A stretch of DNA of 64,000 nt from Callorhinchus milii (taxonomy: Eukaryota). The notes beneath the pieces are model-generated. The model searched no databases. It was not told the origin of the DNA and saw nothing but the letters and a program-made list of their open reading frames with translations. The translations under genes were made by a program, and so were the position numbers. This document shows positions 48,420 through 62,499 of this stretch, one piece after another; within the stretch, counting starts at the first letter, position 1; every line of letters starts with the position of its first letter. The stretch covers positions 26,786,001 through 26,850,000 of the forward strand of contig NW_024704742.1 in NCBI RefSeq assembly GCF_018977255.1, read 5' to 3'.

Positions 48420-51400
48420 ACAACAACTTGGATTTATATAGCGCCCTCCACACCGGATGGCGTCTCAGAGCGCTTCACAGTAACTGATCCTGGGGCCGAG
48501 CCAGAGGGAGGGGGGGAGAAGGTGACCAAAGGCCCGGTCAAAAAGAAAGGTCTTCAGCCGAGACCTGAAAATAGGAAAAGAGGGGGCGAGGCAAAGGGAG
48601 TGAGGAAGGGAGTCCCAGAGCCTTGGGGCATAGTGGCTGAAAGCGCAGCCGTCGATGGTGGAGCTGAGGATTCGGGAGACAAGGAGGAGGCCAGACCCGG
48701 TGGAGGGAAGGCAACGGGCACTGTTGTGAGGAGAGAGGAGGTCAGAGAGGTGGGGGGGTTATCGGGGAGCAGAGTTTGGTGCAGGTAAGAATGCAGGCGG
48801 CAGAGTTTTGGATGACTTGGATTTTGTGAATGGTAGTGGAGGGGAAACCTGCGAGGAGGGCATTTGATTAGTACAGCCGAGAGGTGACAAAGGCATGGAT
48901 CAGGGTTTCAGCGGCTTTGGAGTGAGATATTGGCGGAGATGGACGATGCGTCAGAGGTGGAAGAAAGCGGTGCTGGTGAGGGACCGGATGTGGGGGAGGA
49001 AGGATAATTGGGGGTTGAACCTGACGCCTAGGTTGCATACGGGTTCGGAGTGTTTTAGGGGGAAGTCGGGCAGGTGGAGGAGGTGAGAACAACAACAAAC
49101 AATAACAAATTATATTTATAGAGTGTCTTTCATGTTGGGAGGGGTGGGGTAGGGGTGAGGGAAGGCAGAGATGTGGCAGGGAGACCAAAGGCACGGTCGA
49201 AAAGAAGGGTCTTTAGACCGGCCTTGAAGAAGGCAAGGGAGGAAGCGAAGCAAAGGGACTGTGGGATGGAGTTCCAGAGTGAGGAGGCAGAGAGGCTGAA
49301 AGCCCGGCCACCGATGGTAAGGCAGGTCGGGCAGGAGACATGGAGCAGGCCCGATGAGCGCAGGGATCGAGCAGGTTGGTAGGGAGCCAGCAGGCCAGAG
49401 AGGTAGGAGGGGGCAAGGCCATGGATGGCCTTAAAGGTGAGGACAAGGATCTTGAACTCGATCCTCTGAGGGATGGGGAGCCAATACAGTCGGGCGAGGG
49501 TGGGAGTGATGGAGTCGCGGAGCCTGCTGCGCGAGAGTACTCAAGCTGCAGAGTTTTGGATGATCTGCAGCTTGTGAAGGGAAGAGTTGGGAAGGGCGAT
49601 GAGGAGAGAGTTCCCGTAATTAAGCCTTGAGGTGACGAATGCGTGGGTGAGGTTTTTGGCAGCCTGAGGGGTGAGGCAGTGGCGGAGTCTGGCAATGTTG
49701 CGGAGGTGGTGGTAAACAGTGCCAGTCATAGCACGGATGTGGGGAAGAAAGGACAGTTCAGGGTCAAACAAGACACCCAGGTTCCTGACTGGCTTAGTGA
49801 GGTTGAGTGTGCAGCCATGGAGGCTGATGCTGCCAGCAACTGAGGTGCGGAGGCGCTGGCGCGAGGCAATCAGGAGGGCCTTGGTCTTGCTGACTTTGAG
49901 TTGGAGAAAGTTGGTCCTCGTCCAGGACTTGATGTCAGTCAGGACCTCAGTAGTCCTGGAGTTCAGGATGGAGGCAGAGAGTAGGGTGTTATCCTCATGC
50001 ATGTGGAAATTTATCCCATGTGTGTGGATGACGTCACCAAGGGGGAGCATGTAAAGTGTGAAGAGGAGGGGACCGAGGACAGAGCCCTGAGGAGCACCGC
50101 ACGAGACAGTGCGGGGCTGGAGGAAAAAAACGTTTGCCACGACGAAGTGGAGGCGGTGTGAAAGGTAGGACCTGAACCAGTCAAGGACAGAACCTTGAAG
50201 GTGGAGGAGGATTGAGTGGTCCACGGTGTCAAAGGCAGCGGCAAGGACGAGGAGGTAGAGGGAGCCCTGGTCACACATGGTCAGGATGTCGTTTGTGACC
50301 TTGACCAGAGCAGTTTCCGTGCTGTGGGCAGCAAGGAAACCCGATTGGAGGGGTTCATGGAGGGAGTGAGAGGAGAAGAAAGAGCGAAGAACCATGTGTT
50401 TTTTGACGTTGACGAGAGCCAAAGAGTATGGCTTCCGTCTTGTCAACATTTAGCTGAAGGAAATTCACGCTCATCCAGCTCCTGAGATCAGATAGGCAGG
50501 CTGATAGAATATCAGGGGACTGGGGGTCGCAATGTGAGGTGGAAAAATAGAGTTGGGTGTACCCCGTGTCTGTGGATGCATCCCCAAGAGGGAGCATGTA
50601 GATCAGGAAGAGGAGGGGGCCAAGGATGGATCCTTGGGGTACCCGCAGGTAACCGGGTGAGAGCGGGAGGAGAAGCCGTTTGTGCAGATGTACTGCTGGC
50701 GGTTTGTGAGGTAGGACTCGAACCAGGCAAGTGCGGACCCACTGAGGTGGATGGCGGAGGAAAGGCGATGGAGGAGGATGGCATGATCAACTGTCTCGAA
50801 AGCGGCGGAGAAGTCCAGGAGGACAAGGAGGAAGAGGGAGCCCTGTTCATCGATAGAGAGGATGTCGTTTGAGACTTTCACAAGCGCAGTCTCTGTACTG
50901 TGGGCAGAGCGGAAACCGGATTAGAGGGATTTGAAGAGGGAGTGGGAGGAGAGGTATTTGCAGAATTGATTGGCAACAACGCGTTCTAGGACTTTGCCGA
51001 GGAAGGGTAAGTTTGAAACAGGGTGGTAGTGGCTGGGGTTTGAGGGATCTAGGGAAGGTTTTTTGAGGAGGAGGGTGATGACAGCAGTTTTGAAGGGGGC
51101 AGGGACTGATCTGGAGGAGAGGGACTGGTTGATGACATCATTTACCTTGGGCGCTGACAGCTATTCCAACTATGGATGCACTCTACATCTCATGTAGCCA
51201 ATACGGAACCTAGGCGTCCTGTTTGACCCTCAACTGTCTTTCATACTCTACATCCGTGCCATGACCCGCTCTGCTTTCCCCCACCTCCGCAACATCACTA
51301 TCTGTGACCAGGGCTCCCTCTGCCTCCTTCTCCTCCTGGACCTCTCTGCCGCTTTCGAGACAGTCGATCACGCCATCCTCCTCCACCGCCTTTCCTCCGT

Positions 51401-51800
51401 CATCCACCTCAGTGGGACCGCACTCACCTGGTTCTAGTCCTACCTCACGAACCGCCAGCAGTACACCACCTCCCCACCATTGTCTCACACCACAGCCTCC
51501 GAGACCCTCATACACACATTCATAACATCCAGGCTCAAGTATGCAAACTCCCTGCTTGTCCGCCTTTCCAACTCCTCCCTCCATAGGCTGCAGATCATCC
51601 AGAACTCTGCAGCCCGTATCCTCTCCTGCACCAGATTCCACAAGCCTATCACCACCAACCTCGCCCAACTCCACCGGCTTCCCATTACACAGAGGATACA
51701 GTTCAAGATCCTGGTCCTCACTTCAAAGCCCTCCATGGCCTTGCTCCCCCCTACCTCTGCGATCCCCTAACTCCCTACCAACCTGCCTGCTCCCTCTGCT
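48420..51800. mobile_element. Cluster of nested or rearranged L2 fragments (mostly minus; plus-strand from about 51160)
   Basis: RT and C-terminal L2 motifs at about 48420-49080, 49090-50390 and 50400-51150 (minus) and 51160-51800 (plus). Confidence 0.9.
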
Positions 51801-53569
51801 CAAAACGTCGTGGACAAAAGTGAACAATTGTTATATTTTTTGAAGGAATTATTATCCCCAGAAACGCAATCGACTAAAAAAACAAGTTTCTACTCACTGC
51901 TAGGTAAACAGAGGATGTGGAATAAGGAAACTTGCCCAATATTTGTCCCTCTGGGAATCAAACCCAGATCTCTCGCTTGCAAAATGAGTGCTCTGCGATA
52001 AATGAGTGCACTGAGATACAGGACTGATTTCAATTCTATTGCCCCACTAGCATCATGTTAGGATTGGGATCAGTAGAAGCATAGCTCGGCCTCAGACCTT
52101 TCTGGTCTGCATGACAGAGTACCACAAACATGGTACGGATACCCACTGAATCATCAGGAGACGGGTGTCTACTTTTGTTTTAAATTGTATTAGAAATCTA
52201 CTAAAACAATGAGGAGATTAGGGATGAATTGCCGCGGTTCAGAGTGACATGATCATAAGTTCAGTCCTTGTTTCAATCAATTCCTATTCTAAGCTATACC
52301 AAGTTGGGGGTGGGTTCCAGGAAAGAAAATATCTGAGAGGCTGCTTTGTAAATAGTAAATTAATTATATTATTCAAGTCATTGCTTTTTGGATCTTGCTC
52401 AGTTTTTTGGTTGCCTACAATATATGTCAATTTACATAGACAATCTGCCAGAGAGAGCATGATGGACGAAAAGTATATGAATTAATTCATTATTTTTTGA
52501 ATATTTTGTAAATTGAGAATTTGTCCAAAAAGTCTAGAGTTTGAATGAAGTTAGTTTGTTCAGAGTTCCAGGTGCAGTTCCTTTCATCATCAACACTCGC
52601 CATAGTGTCCCATGCCTCACTTACAGCATGGGTAACCCACTTAAAGGGAGCTCAGGCATAAGAGTATGGGATCCTTACTTAACCAACTTGGTGCAGTTGA
52701 ACTTTATTATCTGAGTAAGTGGCAAACCTGTATTCCACATTATCAATACTCTTTTGCCGAACACAGTGCTTGGTGGTATTGGTCCATGGATATCGCAATC
52801 TCAAACAAAGCAACAGGCGACATCAGTGGAACCTGAATTCAGTTATAAGAATACGTTTCCTCTTAGAGGATACAATTGTGATGATTTATTTGGGTTTAGG
52901 GCCATTTGGAGATGTTCTATAATGTGGCCACAGTCTACTAGAATTCTGTTTCTGTTTTTAAAATCTTGGGAGTAGTATAGAGCTTCAAGTCGTAGAAGCT
53001 CATATCACATATTAAGGTAAAAGAAATTACAATTTTCATAATTTATTGACTTGGAAGGTCTTTATTTGGACATTCTATCCTCTAGAGACCAGATCTTTAT
53101 AAGCAAATCATACATAAATATGCATTTTTCTTAGTAATAGCTGTTATACCCTAGATGTTTTTGTCCCTTTTAGGTAATAATAATCCTTGTATTTGATATC
53201 TAGTGCCTTTTACCTAAGGAAGACTTCTCAAAGTGCTTTGCAAGACGTACTGCAAAGAAACACTGATCACAGTAGCCAATTTGGCACAGCAATGACACAC
53301 AAAACAGCCCTGAAGTGGACTAATTTTATCTAGAGGATTGTCGGCCAGGACAAAGAGAGAAATTCCTTTTTCTTTTTTTGATTCATGCAATGGGATCTTT
53401 CTTGTCCACCTGAACAGATGGACAAGACCTCAGTTTAACATGTCATGGGAAGGATGGCATTTCTGAGAATGTAGCAGTGTGTCTAGACTGTGAGTTCAAA
53501 ATCTGGACTTGGGGTTTGAACCCAGAACCTTCTAACTTTGGTAGTTGAGTTCCTGAACACGGTTTGTCT

Positions 53570-54172
53570 ACAGGACTCCAGGGCACTGCTGAGGACGACG
53601 CAGCAAACTTGTCTCATCAGCAGTACTTGGAAGGACAGACTAGTCAACCTTAGCAGCCAAAGCCCTAATGGAGGGTGGTTCTAGCTGGATAACCAGCATG
53701 ATAGCTTGCCAGACAGTGCTTTCAACAACAACAACAACAAAATTACATTTATAGAGCGTTTTTCATGTCAGGAGGACGTCCCAAAGCGCTGAACAGTTAG
53801 GTGTCGGGGCCCGAGCATGGGGGAGGGGTGGTGTAGGCGTGAGGGAGGGCAGAGAGGTGGGAGGGCGACCAAAAGCACAATCAAAGAGAAGAGCTATGTG
53901 TTTTTAGCTGAACAGACTCACAGCAGTACCCCAGTGCACATTCTGGGGGTCCTCAAGCCTTGGTTCTTGCCAACCTGCACCCTAATACTCCCTGGAATTA
54001 GGTAAGCAGAATGCAACCCTCCAAGGAGAGAGTATGTATTCCATTCTAATAAATGTCTCTGGGATTTCCACGTGTAGGTGGAATGCTTGAAGCTCTTCAG
54101 TGTGATTTGAATACTCAAGCATCATGATGGGTTTCCGCATGTGTCAGACACGTAGCTGACCAGAAAAAAAAC
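53570..54172 (-). repeat. Unclassified interspersed repeat (copy D), interrupted by an L2 tail at about 53725-53890
   Basis: Colinear with 26530-26990 and ends in GCTGACCAGAAAAAAAACC. Confidence 0.7.
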
Positions 54173-54930
54173 CTCAAGAGGCAAGAGTTCTACCAACTGA
54201 ATCAGGCTAACAGTATGATGCTGTTTTTTTCAAATTGTGGAGCTCAATCCCACAGTCCCTTCACCTCACCCCCTCCCTTGTCTCCTTCAAGGTCCGTTTC
54301 AAGACCTTCCTGTTTGACTCCGTCTTTGGTTACCCTCCTACTCCCATCGTCCCTGCACTCCACTCCTCTTGATCCCAACTCCCAGCTCAGTTGCAAATCC
54401 GTGACTGTCCAGTGCCTTGGGACATCCTCCCGATGTGAAAAGCACTATGCAAATGTAACTTTGTTGTTGTGAATGTTGAAATTCCTAACTTCATTCAACA
54501 CAAAATCTGCAGAAAATAATGTCATCATTCTTCAAATAAAAGTTCTGTGGTGCTGTGGTACTATCAGAGAAGTGTTGAATTGAAAATGAGCTCTTGACTT
54601 GATGAGAATAATAATAATAATAATAATCCTTGCATTTGATATAGCACCTTATGTCATCAAGATATGTCAGAGCGCTTCACAGGATATACTGTGTATTTTG
54701 TGAACGATAGCATCTAGTGAGAATGTTTTGTGAAAAAAAACACTCAGCTCTATTGCCTTAAACTTTACGGCATATGGAAAGTTTTCATTGAGCTACAATT
54801 AAGTAGTATATCTTTTATATCAAATAAATACTGCCAGTTGCAAAGTGGCTACCTCAGTGCTTGCTATAAAAAATGAGTTGTGTGTGGCTGTTCATTAAAA
54901 AATTCAGTCTGCAGTAGATCAGGTGAATAA

Positions 54931-55364
54931 AAGGGTGGTCAAACTGGTGGGCCGGGTTTGGCCCAGGGGATGATGTTATCCTGCCTCCAAACCATTTCCA
55001 ACTTCATTGTCTGAACAACAACAACAAAATTACATTTGTAAAGCTCCTTTCACATTGGGTGTACATCCCAAGTAGCTGAACAGTCAGGGATCCGGACCCG
55101 AGTGTGGGGGGCAAGGTTGGAATGAGGGAGGGCAGATGGGGTAGGCGGGCAGCTGAAGTCACGGTCAAAAAGGAGGGTCTTGAGTCGTCCCTTGAAGGCA
55201 AATACAAGTGACGGGCCCCGAGGCAATCAGGAGACGGTCACCAGAGGCTCGGGCTCTGCCTGGCAAGGACTGGCCAATCAGGATAAAATATTGCTCATGT
55301 GGCCCGCGGATGTTTCTCAAATCCGGCACCCGACCCTCAGCAGTCAAAAGGTTGGACCGCCCTG
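54931..55364. mobile_element. Non-autonomous hAT/Charlie-like element with terminal inverted repeats, interrupted by an L2 tail (about 55013-55200)
   Basis: Left end AAGGGTGGTCAAAC and right end GTTGGACCGCCCTG, with subterminal GGCCCG motifs. A similar end lies at about 26008-26040. No clear 8-bp TSD. Confidence 0.65.
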
Positions 55365-55458
55365 CCTGAGTGGATTATTATACTATTGTAGCATACAGTT
55401 CGCAGTCGATTATTATACTATTGTAACACTTACAGTGCATTTTCTCTTTCTCTTACAG

Positions 55459-55528
55459 AGTTCTGGGATTGAAACCTTGGTTGAGGAGCTTTGCTCCAAA
55501 TTGAAAGACCTGCAGAATAAACAAAAGG
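55459..55528 (+). CDS. KIAA0232: KIAA0232 coding exon 3 (70 nt)
   Basis: TTTCTCTTACAG|AGTTCT... encodes SSGIETLVEELCSKLKDLQNKQK plus 1 nt (G). Donor AGG|GTATGT, phase 1. Confidence 0.92.
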
Positions 55529-56913
55529 GTATGTTTATTTCAAGTGCAAAGCAAATTTATCACTAAGTTGTTTTCAATTGAACATGACTGTTGTAAGACT
55601 GAATCTAGTTACTTGTTTGTAAGAAGGGTTGCTTAGCAGCCTAACTTTTGGCAATTATCGGATCCTTCTAATTCTATTAACAAGAATCATTCAAGGGACG
55701 GAGTTCATTTCTGTTAACCGTTGAAGTAGAAAAAAACTAAATTGATTGAAGTATTATTGCCATGCTAGTCACATCTTTAAAAGTATGAATTAAATCTTTT
55801 TATAAAAAAAAGCATGCATTTAAAAAAATGACATTCACAGGGGGAACTTGGTGTTTAATATTTCATCAGTTTCTTACTGTAGATAAAAAGCTTCTAAAGG
55901 GACAACAGAAGTAAAGATATGAATTTAAAAATATATATGTTTTAATTGTGTTTTGTGTGTTTTATGCCAACAAAAAAGTGATCCACAAATAACCAATGGA
56001 CTCTTAACAGTGGTTGATCAATGGTTAAACGAAGCTCAGCAATATTTCAGTGAAATCTCTTATTATCATTATGCAGTGTAAATTCCAAACTGAAGCATAA
56101 TAGCAATCATTGTGCTTGCATACACCCGGCTGGCTTGTCTAGCAGGTTTTCTTGAAGAAAAGTGATCGATTTTGGGGTCATCAGGTGAGGTTATCTATTT
56201 TAGCACAAAAAACAGCTGGCGAGTGAGTGAGCCACTGTGGCAGCATGCACAGTGATTGGAGACACTTTCATGCTGCAAAGAAATGCATTATAACGATGCT
56301 GCTCTATATTGTCCTGCCTCAACACTGTGACAAAGGGTACAAAAATAGTACCTTAATGAAATTATGGCATCAGACCTTTGTGTTGTGCAGAAGTCACTGT
56401 TATCAGGAAAGACAAAGTGTCCACTACTGCATTGGTCCAAGTGCTCTGAGAAGTTATTTTCTGTGAAAGGTTGAAATACAAATGCAAGTTTTTGTTGCGA
56501 GTTAATAATGATAAATGTCTTATTCTATCAACATTTTTCTGCCGGACAGGAAAATCAAATGGATGATTAGTATTTGAATTCTAGTGAAAAATTAATTTAC
56601 TACCCAATTTAGAAGAAGCAGCTGTTTTTGTCAGACAAGTTGGCCTGACGCCTAAAGCAGTGGTGGCCAGCCTGGGGGCCACGGGTATATCATTCGTTCT
56701 TTACAAAATGAGGTGTTCTGGTATTGAATAGTATTGGAAATCTTAAGAATTTACGCCACCTGTCCCAATTCGTTTTGCCCACCAAAACAATATTTGCCTT
56801 GTTAAGCAAGGAAACTAATAAATGAGATTGTTTCAATGAACGGTCGCTTCAATTTATTTCTCTGTTTTTGTTTCCTTTTCTTTCCCCTTCTGTTCTTTCC
56901 CCATTAATTTCAG

Positions 56914-56998
56914 AAGAGAAGCAAGGTTGTAAAAAAACAGAAGGGTTTCAGTCTCCTGAAATTAGAGGATCTTCTTCAACCAAGGATCAGGTAGAAAT
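56914..56998 (+). CDS. KIAA0232: KIAA0232 coding exon 4 (85 nt)
   Basis: Long pyrimidine tract, then TTTCAG|AAGAG... encoding (E)EKQGCKKTEGFQSPEIRGSSSTKDQVE(M). Donor AAT|GTAAGT, phase 2. In frame with both neighbours. Confidence 0.88.
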
Positions 56999-57905
56999 GT
57001 AAGTAACATATTTTGCTTTGAGTACTGGTTCTTCAGGTGCAGGTTTATCACTTTTAAGACTGATAAAGAAGGGGCAACACAGAGGATTGAGTCGGGGAGT
57101 TCTAGAGGGTTGTGATTTAGTGGCTGAAGGCACTGTTGCCGATGCTAGAGCGGAGTGGGCAGAAACGTGCAGAAGGCCTGAGCTAGCTGAGCATAGAGAT
57201 CGGGTAGAGGAGTTTGTGTGAGCAGGTTGAAGATTAAATCCAAGATTCTTGTTCTCACATTTAATTCTCCACAGCTTTGCCCCACCCTGGAGTTTTTCCG
57301 ACCTGCCCCATCCCTACACAATCAACACCCACTTCTTTGACTTGCATCTTTAATTGTGCTTTAGGTTATCTTTCTCCTACCCTCCACGCCCACCCTCTTC
57401 AGTTCCGCCACGCCACTCTTTCCATTGCTTGGGTGTCCAATCAGTTGTGTAAAGCACTTTGAGACATCCTCCCAATTTGAAAGGTGATCAATAAATGTAA
57501 ATTGTATTTTATTTATACAGCGGGTAATGTTAGAATCAGGCATTTTCAAGAAAAGCGCAACTGGAAATCCACAAGACTGAAAGATTCATATTTTTGGTGT
57601 AAACCTTCATCTGTCTTATTTAAAAGCAAATGTTTACTTTTTATTGGCAGACTAAATAAATTGACAGAAATTTAAGCCCTTTCGTGACCTGAATATATGT
57701 CTGATTGCTATGTAGACCTTTGTAGATGCCTGTATTATTTGTCTCTCAGGAGAAAATCAATAGGATGGCTGAAATGTTAAAAACGAGGAAATCCATTCTG
57801 TTATCATTTGAAATGTAATAAACAATTCAGTAAGTAATTTAAAACCTATGAATAAATATGTCCTCCTTTGTGGATCATTGCATTTGTTTTCACTTGTTTT
57901 TGTAG

Positions 57906-60900
57906 GTATTATGAAGCATTTCCACCCCTTTCTGAGAAGCCAATCTGTCTGCAGGAAATAATGACCGTGTGGAACAAGGCCAAAGCTTGTTCTTCATCTT
58001 CATCTGCTGCTCCACAAACAAGCACTGACACATCCTCTCCAAAAGATTGCAACAGTGAAGGTGAGGGGACAAGGGAACGAACAAACGAGGCTTCTGTTAC
58101 AACAAGCAGCAGTTACACATTCAGGAGAAGTAAAAAGGAGAAAGAAAACAGGCACAACAACAGCTTGCCAGAAGAGAAACCTGCTGCAGGAAAAAAGCAG
58201 ATCAGGCACAGGTCAGAAGGAAAGATGCGTCCTCGTTCCTGGTCTTCTGGCTCCAGTGAAGCAGGCTCCAGCTCAAGTGGGAACCAATATGAGTTGAAAG
58301 CTCCCACGAAAGCTGTTAAAATAAGACACAAGATGCGAGAAAATGCTCGGAACAATAAGGGGCGAAATGGACAAGTCAAGCTGTCTTTCAGATCGGTGGA
58401 AAAAGATGATCGAAGAAGTACCTGTGGGAGCAGCAGCAGTGGGCCTACCAAACAGCTGTGCAAAAGAGGAAAACGGCATCCGAAAGAAACAAGGAGGAAA
58501 GCAAACCGTGGTACAAGAGATCTGGGCAGTGAAAGTAAAAGGGAGCAGGAATTTAGAGAAGAACCGTTGTGGTACACTGAACCAATCATTGAGTACTTGT
58601 TGCCTCTGAGTAGAAAGAGCAAGCTGGAAACTGCATACCGCAATAGTGTGGCTGCAAATGCTGGTGAATCTTCCTATTTGGAAGAAATTTCAGAGACAAT
58701 GCAGGGTCTTTGTATTAGTAACAATAATTTCCAAACATACCTCGCAGCAGGTACTTTCGTCGATGGTCACTTTGTTGAAATGCCTGCATTAATAGATGAG
58801 GCTAATGACCTCACTGGGACCTCAAGCTGTTCTAATCCTAAGAACAGTGACATTTTAGATGCTACGCATCTACCAGAATTTACTCACTTCTATGAAGTAG
58901 ATATTCATCAATCCATATTGGATCCTAGTGCCTCAAATTCATTGCAAGGAGAGAGTCGAATTTTAAGCATGATTCGGCGGAAAAGTACAGAGCAAACTGA
59001 TTTTGAGGCAGATGGTTGTATAGTGTTAGATGAACTACAGATGACGAGGGAAAGTGCAATATGGACAGATTCACATGCTTCTCTTTGTGCAGAAGAATTG
59101 TTCCTACAAGATCTTGCAAATACAGCTCAGTTTTGGGAGTGCTCCAGTTCTGATGAAGCAGAAGGGGAAAGCTTTGCTGGGGATTCTCCCATTACGCTTT
59201 CTCCTATTCTGGATAATACAGTGTGTGATGCAAGCAGCAGTACTGGCAATCAAGAAGAACACTTTTCAGAAGCCAATGAAGGGTCTGGTTTAAACTCCAC
59301 TTGTTTCTCTCTGTTTGAAGTGCAATATGATAACTCTACTTCACCTTTCTGTTTTGATGGACTTGACCTGGGAAATCAGAATAGTGATATTGGAAGCTGG
59401 GTTGATTTTCCAGGGAAAACGCAGTCTCGTTTGCTTATATGGACCAAAAATAGTGCCTTTGATGAAAATGACCACTGTTCTAACCTTTCAACACGAACCT
59501 GTAGCCCATGGTCACATTCTGAAGAAACTCGTTCTGATAATGAAACCACCTTTGGTATTCAGTTTGAGGAGTCCACTAAGTTTAATGCAGACGAGATTGA
59601 CTGCATAGTCCCTGGCATTTCGTCCAGCCTTTTAAATGAAGACCTCTTAGACTTATTACAAGAGGATGCTCGTTCACGGACAAATGGAGCTTTACGTGAT
59701 ATACCAAGCCTGACTTTCAAACAGAAATCTAAATTGGAGTCAGTATGTGGAATTCAGTTGGAAGAAGAAGAAAATAAGGAATATGAATTGACTGCAGAAA
59801 CTTTCACAGATCAGATATCCAGTCATACAGAAGGCTATGGCTCAGGAGTTATAAAAGACATTTGGACAGCCATAGCAGAACACGATGCTGTAACACTAGA
59901 GGTAGAACGATCGGTCGAAGATTTATTTTCCAGTGAGGTGAATGGCTGTCAGTGCTGCTGTTTGGATATGGCAACAAAACAGGACCTGCTTCAAGAGTCT
60001 CATGAAAAGGCTGTGCAAAGGTCTGAGTATCATTTGTGGGAATGCCAGAAAGAAAACCTGGAAGCTCAAGCTGCTGCAACTGGTGAACTTGCAGAGCTAG
60101 AAGTGGGTGATTACACTGCACCATCAAAACCTTGGGATATTGGCACTGACAAAGAAAGTGCTTTTATTCTTGGTGGAGTCTATGGGGAACTGAAAACGTT
60201 CGACAATTGTGGTGACTGGGGAGTAATTCCACAGGACCCTGCAAAAGGTACTTTATTGCAGTGTGCAGCTTCTGATGTTGTGACCATAGCAGGCACAGAT
60301 GTTTTCATGACACCAGGTAGCAACTTTGCTCCTGGTCACAGACCATTGTGGAGATCTTGTGCTTCATTCGGACAGTGCGACCAGACAAGAAAAGGAGAGG
60401 ACAGATTAAACACTGAATTCTCGCTTATCTTCCATGAAGACTTATTGGGGAATTGCAGTAATTATCAGACTCAAGAGCCCAGTGTTGAGTATTCATTTTC
60501 CTCCTTTGATCTGAGCAATCCTTTTTCACAAGTACTTCATGTGGAGTGCTCATTTGAGCCAGAAAGACTTGCATCATTTAGTCCAAGTTTTAAGCCCAAA
60601 TCTATACTGTGTTCAGATTCAGAAAGTGAAGCCTTCCACCCTAAAATATATAGTATTGACAAAACGCAGTATCGAGCTATACGAATCTCGCCGCGAACAC
60701 ATTTCCGACCTATTTCTGCCTCTGAGTTGTCACCAGGTGGGGGAAGCGAGTCTGAATTTGAGTCCGAAAAAGAAGAAGTTGGCATTCCTATCCTTTCCCA
60801 GACTGATTTGTTTGAGGATCCTCAGGCAGATTTAAAGCCACTAGAAGAAGATGCTGAACGAGAAGGACATTACTATGGAAAGTCGGAGCTGGAATCAGGG

Positions 60901-61179
60901 AAATTCCTGCCGAGATTAAAAAAGGCTGGGATGGAAAAGAGTGCTCAAACTTCACTGGATTCTCATGAAGGATCTGGTGGTCTTTTACAGACAGAACAGC
61001 AATGCCCAGAGTGTCATTTACAGGCATCAATGGGATGCGCCAATGTGAATAGTTGTGAAACAGATTTAAAAGTAAAGGTACCATGTGATAAGCTGGAAGA
61101 GTTCCAGAATCGTACAATAAGCAGGGACCTTTCTGGGTTCAACGAGGGAGCTTATGTCATGGCACCATCACTGCAAGAG
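57906..61179 (+). CDS. KIAA0232: KIAA0232 coding exon 5 (large, 3274 nt); gene continues beyond it
   Basis: TTTTTGTAG|GTATTAT... encodes (M)YYEAFPPLSEKPICLQEIMTVWNK...RPRSWSSGSSEAGSSSSGNQ...YRAIRISPRTHFRPISASELSP...APSLQE. Donor GAG|GTGAGT. Confidence 0.95.
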
Positions 61180-61949
61180 GTGAGTTCTGCAATTGCAGTC
61201 TATGTATGTTTACAATTTGTGATTCCAGATTGCCTCTAAATTGTTACAAATACCATTTTCTGTGTGATAGAAATGATTTGCAATTTTGCAATCTGTATTA
61301 ATTACAATTACATTTTTCGCAGTTAACTTTATTGTAGGCCCAGCTGGACAATTTTAGGAATTCCCTTAAAATTAAAGTTTCAATCTTAAATTGGCGCAAT
61401 AATAATTTGATACAGTGCCTTTCACGCCGGGGAACATCTAAAAGCGCTTTACAGGATTCACTATAAAGTACACTACAAAGGATAGTGATGGTATTTTGTA
61501 GGTGAATGCAACAGACAATTTGGGCACAGTAATATCCCACAAACAGCCATGAAGTGAATGTCCATTTTTTTTATTTGGGTATTGTTGGCCAGGACCTAGG
61601 GAGAATCTTCCTTTTTTTCCAAATAGTGCCTTGAGATCTTTAACGCTAAGTAACAAAGCTGCAAGACAGCACCTCCAGGAATGTAGCACACCCCCAGCAC
61701 TGTACTAGAGTGTAAGCATAGACCATAGATTCCAAGTCCCGATGTAGGCTTGAACTCACAACCTTCTGACTCAGAGGCAAGGGTGCTGCCAACTGAGCCA
61801 GACTCCAGTGGCAAAAGCCAGGATTTATATAGCTCCCCTACCTTGCGTAAGGGTCGCAATATAAATGCAAGTTGTTGTTGTTTGCCTGAGTAATGTTCTA
61901 TGCTATAAACATTCTGTGTGTCCTATGAATCCATTCTATTCATTGTATC

Positions 61950-62290
61950 ACAACTTGCGACCTCCTAAACCCCTACCATCCTGCTCGCTCCCTCCGCTCA
62001 GCAGGCTCCGCCTCACTCGCCCCATTATTAGCGGGTAGGCCTTCTGCCACTGTGCCCCCACCCTCTGGAATTGCATCCCGCAGTCCATCCGCCTCGCCCC
62101 CTCCCTTGCCACCTTCAAGACCCATCTCAAGACCCTCCTCTTTGACCGTGCTTTCGATCTCCCTGCTTCCCCCCCCGTCCTCCAGCCCTCCCCGACCCCA
62201 TCCCCCAGCTCGGGTCCGTAACTCTCTCTGCCTTGGAACGTCCTCCCGACGGAAAAGGCGCTTTACAAATGTAATTTTATTGTTGTTATA
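61950..62290 (+). mobile_element. L2 3' fragment
   Basis: TLWNCIPQSIRL..FKTHLKTLLFDRAFD plus the L2 tail. Confidence 0.85.
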
Positions 62291-62499
62291 AGATAATATG
62301 TTTTTACAATTGATTGTAGTCTGCCAAAAAAATTGATCAAGGTGACTTTTTTAAAAAAAGAGTATATGATCAATTGTCTGAGTCTATACTGTTTAATCTA
62401 AAATGTAATTTATGTAAATTCATTCAGCTATATATAGCGAACACCATAAGGTAGCAATGGAATATCATAGATAACTCCTCTTATGTAGCTCTGTGGTTG

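Noticed and set aside
49541..50449. 302-aa RT-like ORF, also 27354-28127 and 28260-28691, as host genes
   Set aside because: Truncated, frameshifted L2 ORF2 remnants. The 49.5-kb copy has a broken catalytic motif (HMHEDN).
57868..57905. N-terminal MWIIAFVFTCFCR of the 1123-aa ORF, and its C-terminal VSSAIAV...PDCL (61180-61239)
   Set aside because: Intronic read-through beyond the acceptor at 57905/57906 and the donor at 61179/61180.
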